Below are positions 59,524-64,000 of a stretch of DNA of 64,000 bases, piece after piece; within the stretch, counting starts at the first letter, position 1, and the number at the start of each line of letters is the position of its first letter. Source of the stretch: Candidatus Poseidoniales archaeon (GTDB lineage: Archaea; Thermoplasmatota; Poseidoniia; Poseidoniales; Poseidoniaceae); contig JAYODQ010000001.1 in assembly GCA_038106355.1 (NCBI GenBank), positions 40,683 through 104,682 on the forward strand, written 5' to 3'. A model generated the notes under the pieces. It worked only from the letters and a program-made list of their open reading frames with translations, was not told where the DNA came from and did no database searches. Position numbers and translations under genes: made by a program.

Positions 59524-60426
59524 TTATCTCCTCGTTGTCATTTCTTTGACTAATCCTTTCAATTGTTGGCCAATGTCTTGACTCAAAATACCTTCATTGA
59601 TCTTTTCATCGATAAATTCGATGGCTACATCAATGCCCATTCGCTCTCCCTTTGCCCAGACTTGACCCAAAATATTGGAACGGTGAATTTCTGCGACACT
59701 TGGGCTGTCCAAAATCTCTCTTGCTGCGAAGCGATATTCGATACTCCGTTTCGAGTCAAGTTTCTTTTCCTTTTTCTGTGATCCGCCGCCTCGTTGATCT
59801 ATCCTTCTTTTTGGTCGACGACGATCCGAGGTATCAGTGACTTTGGTTTCTATTTTCTTAAAAACGTCTTTTCGTGATGATTTTCTTCTTTTCTTACCTT
59901 CTTGAAATTCATCTGAAAATTCTTCTTCTTCAAGCGAAACAACGACTTCTGAAGAATTTACTTTTCCGGTGGTTGCTGCAACTTTAGCTGGTTCTGGTTC
60001 GATGTGTACTCGATCTGACTTTGTAACCTCAGTAATGACTTGAACTTCCTTTTTGAGAGTCTTAGATTGCTCTGCTAATTTTGCCCTACGCTCCTCAGTG
60101 CTCAGGATTTTTGGATGACTTGAATTCGTTGCCCTCTCATTTGTGGAGTTGAATGGTTGGGGCTTGGGGGCAGTAGTTGTCCTTGATTCGACAAACTTTG
60201 TTTGTGTCACATCTCCTTGTTCCTGCAATTGCTGTTTCGATTCAGCTTGTCGTTCTTGAAGTGTTTTTTGGACAGGTTCAACAGTTGAAGGTGGAAGCCG
60301 TTGCTCCGGCCGCTTTTGTTGCGGAGGACGAGATTCTTGCATGCGCTTTCGTTCCTGCGCCGCATTAGGAGCAAACGGATTGAACGGCTCGCTTTTCTTA
60401 CGATTGGAAATTAGGCACTCCCCCAA
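59524..60426 (-). CDS. Hypothetical protein, low-complexity N-terminus and compact basic C-terminal domain
   Basis: 300-aa ORF; Q/P/E-rich linker, then HRSNILGQVWAKGERMG. Start uncertain. Confidence 0.65.
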   Translation of the reverse strand: MGECLISNRKKSEPFNPFAPNAAQERKRMQESRPPQQKRPEQRLPPSTVEPVQKTLQERQAESKQQLQEQGDVTQTKFVESRTTTAPKPQPFNSTNERATNSSHPKILSTEERRAKLAEQSKTLKKEVQVITEVTKSDRVHIEPEPAKVAATTGKVNSSEVVVSLEEEEFSDEFQEGKKRRKSSRKDVFKKIETKVTDTSDRRRPKRRIDQRGGGSQKKEKKLDSKRSIEYRFAAREILDSPSVAEIHRSNILGQVWAKGERMGIDVAIEFIDEKINEGILSQDIGQQLKGLVKEMTTRR

Positions 60427-60470
60427 TCGAAACCGTATGCTGACCGTTTAAAATGTGTATGGCTTTGTTA

Positions 60471-61478
60471 TTATGTCCAAACGATTGGTGTTTGGTCAGT
60501 TCGAAGATACTGATCAATAGCACTTTGGTGTAATTCGGTTGTTCTCTTTTGAAGTTCTAACCATCCCAACCGAGCAATCATCGTTCCATTGTCGATGCAA
60601 TACATTTTGGGAGGAACAAAGGAATGCCCTCCTCGCTCCTCAGCCATCAATTTTGACATCGTCCTCATTCTTTCATTGCAAGCAACTCCTCCTCCAAGTA
60701 AAACCTCAGACTTTCCAGTGTGTGCTAGTGCCCGCTCGGCAACTTCTATGCAAGCTGCAAAGGCGTGTTCTTGAAGAGACCAACAGACAGCATCAAGCGG
60801 CTGTCCATTTTCTACAAGCCGTTGTGCAGCAGTCATAAGTCCAGAAAATGCAAGATCCATGCCACGAACGGCATACGGTAATTCAAGGCCTTCAAGTGTT
60901 GGATTTGTAACTCGTTCAAGATATTGCAGTGCTAATTTTTCAATAACGGGCCCACCGGGAAAGGGTATGCCATTGGACCTTGCAAATTTATCGAGCATGT
61001 TGCCAATGCCAATATCAAGTGTCTCACCAAGGACTCTGTATCTACCATTTAATCGTGCAATGACTTGCGTGTTTCCTCCTGAAACATAGAGCAAGACGGG
61101 ATCGTCGCAACCACATTGTTGCCGGCCTATCTCAATATGTGCTACGCAATGGTTCACACCTATGAGAGGCACCTGAAGAGCGGTAGACAGGCTTCGCGCT
61201 ACGGCGGCTCCAACACGTAAGCATGGACCCAATCCAGGTCCTTGTGAGTAGGAAATTGCACCAATATCCTCTATGCTAATGTTTTGACTTTCCAAGGCTC
61301 CTCGGAAAAGTTGTGCTGCCAAATCTTTGTGATGGTCAGCCGCTTCCCGAGGATGAATTCCTCCTTTCTCAGGTTTTATGGTATCAGATGTCGAGGGGTA
61401 AGGTATTCCTTCTGGGTCAACTAAGCCAAATGAGAATGTATGGGCGGTCGTCTCGATACCAACAGTCCATCCGTTCAT
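60471..61478 (-). CDS. kae1: tRNA N6-threonylcarbamoyladenosine synthesis protein Kae1
   Basis: GIETTAHT, GGIHPREAA.HH, GPGLGPCL, NHCVAHIEIG, VSGGNTQ, DNG.MIA. Confidence 0.96.
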   Translation of the reverse strand: MNGWTVGIETTAHTFSFGLVDPEGIPYPSTSDTIKPEKGGIHPREAADHHKDLAAQLFRGALESQNISIEDIGAISYSQGPGLGPCLRVGAAVARSLSTALQVPLIGVNHCVAHIEIGRQQCGCDDPVLLYVSGGNTQVIARLNGRYRVLGETLDIGIGNMLDKFARSNGIPFPGGPVIEKLALQYLERVTNPTLEGLELPYAVRGMDLAFSGLMTAAQRLVENGQPLDAVCWSLQEHAFAACIEVAERALAHTGKSEVLLGGGVACNERMRTMSKLMAEERGGHSFVPPKMYCIDNGTMIARLGWLELQKRTTELHQSAIDQYLRTDQTPIVWT

Positions 61479-61528
61479 ACATATCCGTGAAACCCATCAT
61501 TCTTGAACTCTCATGTATTGGAGCAATC

Positions 61529-62773
61529 ATGAGGCAGGTGTTTTTGAATTGTGGGACGATTGCTCACATGCAGAATTCATTGCTAGAATATACACCGTCC
61601 AATGAAAACAATATATTTCCTTCTGGAAAAGCAATTGTTGTTAATTCATCTATGATTGAGCAAATTACAGAATCTTCCGAGGCTGAAGAAGAATATGCTG
61701 GAACCGATGAAGTTCAAATTATCAACGTAGAGGGCCGTGGCATCATTCCAGGTTTTGTTGACACACATACGCATTTGTTATGGGCAGGCGATCGTAGCCA
61801 AGAGGTACGATTTCGAAATGAAGGTAAATCATATGCTGAAATTGAACAAATGGGTGGGGGAATTGCCCTCACCACTTCGCTTACTCGAAATGCTTCTCGG
61901 GAACAACTTATCGAGTCAGGATATGTTCGACTTAGGACGGCTTTATCCAATGGAACAACCCACATTGAAGCCAAAAGTGGGTATGGATTGAATGTTGAGT
62001 CGGAATTGAAAATCTTGGAATGTGGCCATCATTTATCACAAATAAATCACTTGCCCTCGATTCAACAAACTTGGTTGGGAGCACATTCATTTCCAAAAGA
62101 GTGCTCAAAGGAACAATACATGGATGAGTTGTTGAGTGAGCAATTACCACAAGTCGTTGACCAAGGATACGCCCAATCTGCAGATGTTTTTTGTGAGCCA
62201 GGTTGGTTCTCCGTTGAACAATCCGAAGAGATACTGAAGCAATCGCGTGCATCAGGTCTCCGATTAAGGATGCATATTGATGAATTTGAACATAGTGGCG
62301 GTGCTGATTTAGCAGCCGACCTCAACGTCGATACAGCAGATCACGCTTATTTTACACCATTGAATTCGCGTATTGGAATGAAAGAAGCTCAAGTAAATAC
62401 TGGCTGTTTACCGGGTGCACCCTATGTTTTAGGTCAAAAATTGCATGATTATTCAACGCTCCTTGAACACGAAATTCCATTTACTCTTGCGACAGACTTC
62501 AATCCAAACTGCCAATTTTTATCCTTGCCCCTCATCGGTTCACTTGCCGTACAAAGGTCTGGGCTCCATCCGTTAATGGCTTTGAAGTGTGTCACCTCTC
62601 AGGCAGCCCAAATCTCGATATTGGATAAGCAACATTCAAATGGTACAATTCAAGTAGGAGGTAAAGCAACATTCAATGTTCTTCACTCACCATATTGGGA
62701 GAGTTGGTGTCAGACCCCTGGTCATTCTCCCATTCATTCGACTTCTTTGGATGGCAAATATATTGTGCATTGA
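61529..62773 (+). CDS. hutI: Imidazolonepropionase
   Basis: PGFVDTHTH, GGGI..T, EAKSGYGL, WLGAH, DVFCE, MHIDE, ATDFNP. Confidence 0.93.
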   Translation: MRQVFLNCGTIAHMQNSLLEYTPSNENNIFPSGKAIVVNSSMIEQITESSEAEEEYAGTDEVQIINVEGRGIIPGFVDTHTHLLWAGDRSQEVRFRNEGKSYAEIEQMGGGIALTTSLTRNASREQLIESGYVRLRTALSNGTTHIEAKSGYGLNVESELKILECGHHLSQINHLPSIQQTWLGAHSFPKECSKEQYMDELLSEQLPQVVDQGYAQSADVFCEPGWFSVEQSEEILKQSRASGLRLRMHIDEFEHSGGADLAADLNVDTADHAYFTPLNSRIGMKEAQVNTGCLPGAPYVLGQKLHDYSTLLEHEIPFTLATDFNPNCQFLSLPLIGSLAVQRSGLHPLMALKCVTSQAAQISILDKQHSNGTIQVGGKATFNVLHSPYWESWCQTPGHSPIHSTSLDGKYIVH

Positions 62774-62806
62774 GAAGTAAATAAATGCTGTTCAAACAAA
62801 TAATAA

Positions 62807-63160
62807 ATGATATTCAGTGATACTATGTATTGGGTAGAAACGGTTGTATGTTCTGGACTGGTAGGTAAAGACGCTCGATTGATGAGGATGCTTGAACTTC
62901 GCCAAGAATTCAAACGACGTCAAGAGGGGTGCGTCACAGCGTGGGTTGGGCGAAATCCAGATCAAAAAGAACTGTTTCTTGTTCATTCAGTTTTTGCCTC
63001 TGAGGAGGCATGGAGGGAGATTTCACAAAAAGCATTGGATCATCTCGATTCGAAAGACGGTGGAATAGAGTCCTTGTTGGCTGGGCCACCCCTCGTTGGA
63101 GTGTTTGAAGCTAAACCTGAGCATTTCACAAATTTTTCCGATGACCATAACGTCGCATAA
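62807..63160 (+). CDS. Small dimeric alpha+beta barrel (ABM-like) protein
   Basis: GC...WVGRNPD...FLVHSVFASEEAW pattern. Start may be 62825. Confidence 0.6.
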   Translation: MIFSDTMYWVETVVCSGLVGKDARLMRMLELRQEFKRRQEGCVTAWVGRNPDQKELFLVHSVFASEEAWREISQKALDHLDSKDGGIESLLAGPPLVGVFEAKPEHFTNFSDDHNVA

Positions 63161-63384
63161 TGTATGTTATGCGACATCGTTCGCCTAACAGGGGCCTCTC
63201 CTTCCTCTTACTAATGGCCCATATCCTTGACGTACGCTCTTTTTTGAAGATTGACCTACTCGAATCGTTAAAAAAATTGAATTTTCATCCTTCGAGGGTA
63301 GCCTAAAGCGTTGGAAATAGCCCAAAAATTGAATTTATTCCGAAGTCTTGAAAAAACATGAACCAAAGGCGAACACGATAAGCG

Positions 63385-63537
63385 ATGAGTGAAGTGGAAG
63401 GATTCTGTCTCAAGTGCAAAACCTATGGGCCAATTCGAGATGGACAACTCGTACAAATGAACAATGGTCGTACCAGAATGGCTGGTCACTGTTCGCAAAG
63501 TGGATGCAACGGGAAGATATCAAAAATCGTCAAATGA
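63385..63537 (+). CDS. 50-aa zinc-ribbon protein (DUF5679-like); not in ORF track
   Basis: My translation: MSEVEGFCLKCKTYGPIRDGQLVQMNNGRTRMAGHCSQSGCNGKISKIVK*. CxxC plus CxxxxC. Confidence 0.8.
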   Translation: MSEVEGFCLKCKTYGPIRDGQLVQMNNGRTRMAGHCSQSGCNGKISKIVK

Positions 63538-63595
63538 TTTTACGAATTCATACCGAATCGGTTTAATACGCTCTGTTGGTGGGTTAACTTGCGTC

Positions 63596-63671
63596 GGGCT
63601 TGTGGTCTAGGGGTTATGACGTCGCCTTGACATGGCGAAGATCGAGAGTTCAATTCTCTCCGAGCCCACCA
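63596..63671 (+). tRNA. tRNA-Val(GAC), intron-less, CCA encoded
   Basis: Acceptor stem GGGCTTG/CGAGCCC plus ACCA; anticodon arm TCGCC-TTGACAT-GGCGA (GAC at 63629-63631); T arm GAGAG-TTCAATT-CTCTC; TTTAAT box at 63562. Confidence 0.97.
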
Positions 63672-63708
63672 ATGAAATACTATTACTTGTTGTTGGAACA
63701 AGGAAAAA

Positions 63709-64000
63709 TCAATTTTCAGTAATGACCTCATCATCTGGAATAATAATTTCCGCGGTTTTCTTGAGAGGTAGTGGTGGCGTATCATCCTCGAAACTGAAAT
63801 CCGTATTCCCCCCCTCCCAATGAATGACATCATCCGATTCTTCGAATGATTCATCTGGCATGGATTGATTCGGGCGAATCGAGTAATTGACAGGGTCGAT
63901 CATTTGATTTGAATATCTCTCCACTTCTTCTGGAGTTGGGGCTTTCCTTTCTTCAAGAATTCTACCAGAATGGAATGTACCGCATTCCGGGCACCTCAAA
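63709..64000 (-). CDS. Hypothetical protein with CxxC and acidic tail, 5'-truncated by window edge
   Basis: RCPECGTFH followed by a D/E-rich tail; stop at 63709. Confidence 0.6.
   Translation of the reverse strand, partial: LRCPECGTFHSGRILEERKAPTPEEVERYSNQMIDPVNYSIRPNQSMPDESFEESDDVIHWEGGNTDFSFEDDTPPLPLKKTAEIIIPDDEVITEN

Noticed and set aside
63190..63245. GGGCC/GGCCC stem with pyrimidine-rich loop and downstream T-run
   Set aside because: Only a 5-bp stem; at most a terminator region, with no recognisable RNA family.
63540..63854. 104-aa minus-strand ORF suggesting a frameshifted continuation of the terminal CDS
   Set aside because: Its 3' half is the antisense of tRNA-Val(GAC); no evidence for a frameshift.
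63596..64000. tRNA 3' end as an integration site
   Set aside because: No integrase or duplicated tRNA end is visible within the window; cannot be assessed beyond the edge.

Overview
This is a gene-dense, ordinary-looking chromosomal segment of a marine Thermoplasmatota archaeon, most consistent with Marine Group II (Ca. Poseidoniales). That assignment is inferred from archaeal markers (S19e/L39e/L31e/S17e, Kae1, archease, tRNA splicing endonuclease, geranylgeranyl reductase, archaeal SRP RNA) mixed with many bacterial-type metabolic genes and large Ca-binding surface proteins. I annotate about 60 CDS, an SRP RNA (~23675-23973) and tRNA-Val(GAC) (63596-63671). No CRISPR array, transposase, integrase or prophage was recognised. 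Two small genes absent from the ORF track were read directly from the sequence: a 55-aa ribbon-helix-helix protein (52772-52939, -) and a 50-aa four-Cys zinc-ribbon protein (63385-63537, +). Best leads: (1) a compact preQ0/7-deazaguanine operon RHH-folE-queE-queC::msrB-queD, with a palindromic putative operator and a QueC that has lost all Zn-binding cysteines and is fused to methionine sulfoxide reductase B; (2) a TatC fused to a Cys-rich domain resembling the HdrA N-terminal Fe-S domain, in an operon with a CxCH Reeler protein and an M6 protease; (3) a Tat-lipoprotein PNGase F-like enzyme; (4) a Lys-less lipoyl-fold insert in a DxDxDG-repeat surface protein; (5) a recurrent non-canonical TT(C/G)A(A/T)(A/G) element 23-24 nt upstream of apparently leaderless starts. 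All family calls are from motif recognition by eye; no searches were run. Several starts were moved downstream of the ORF-track starts.
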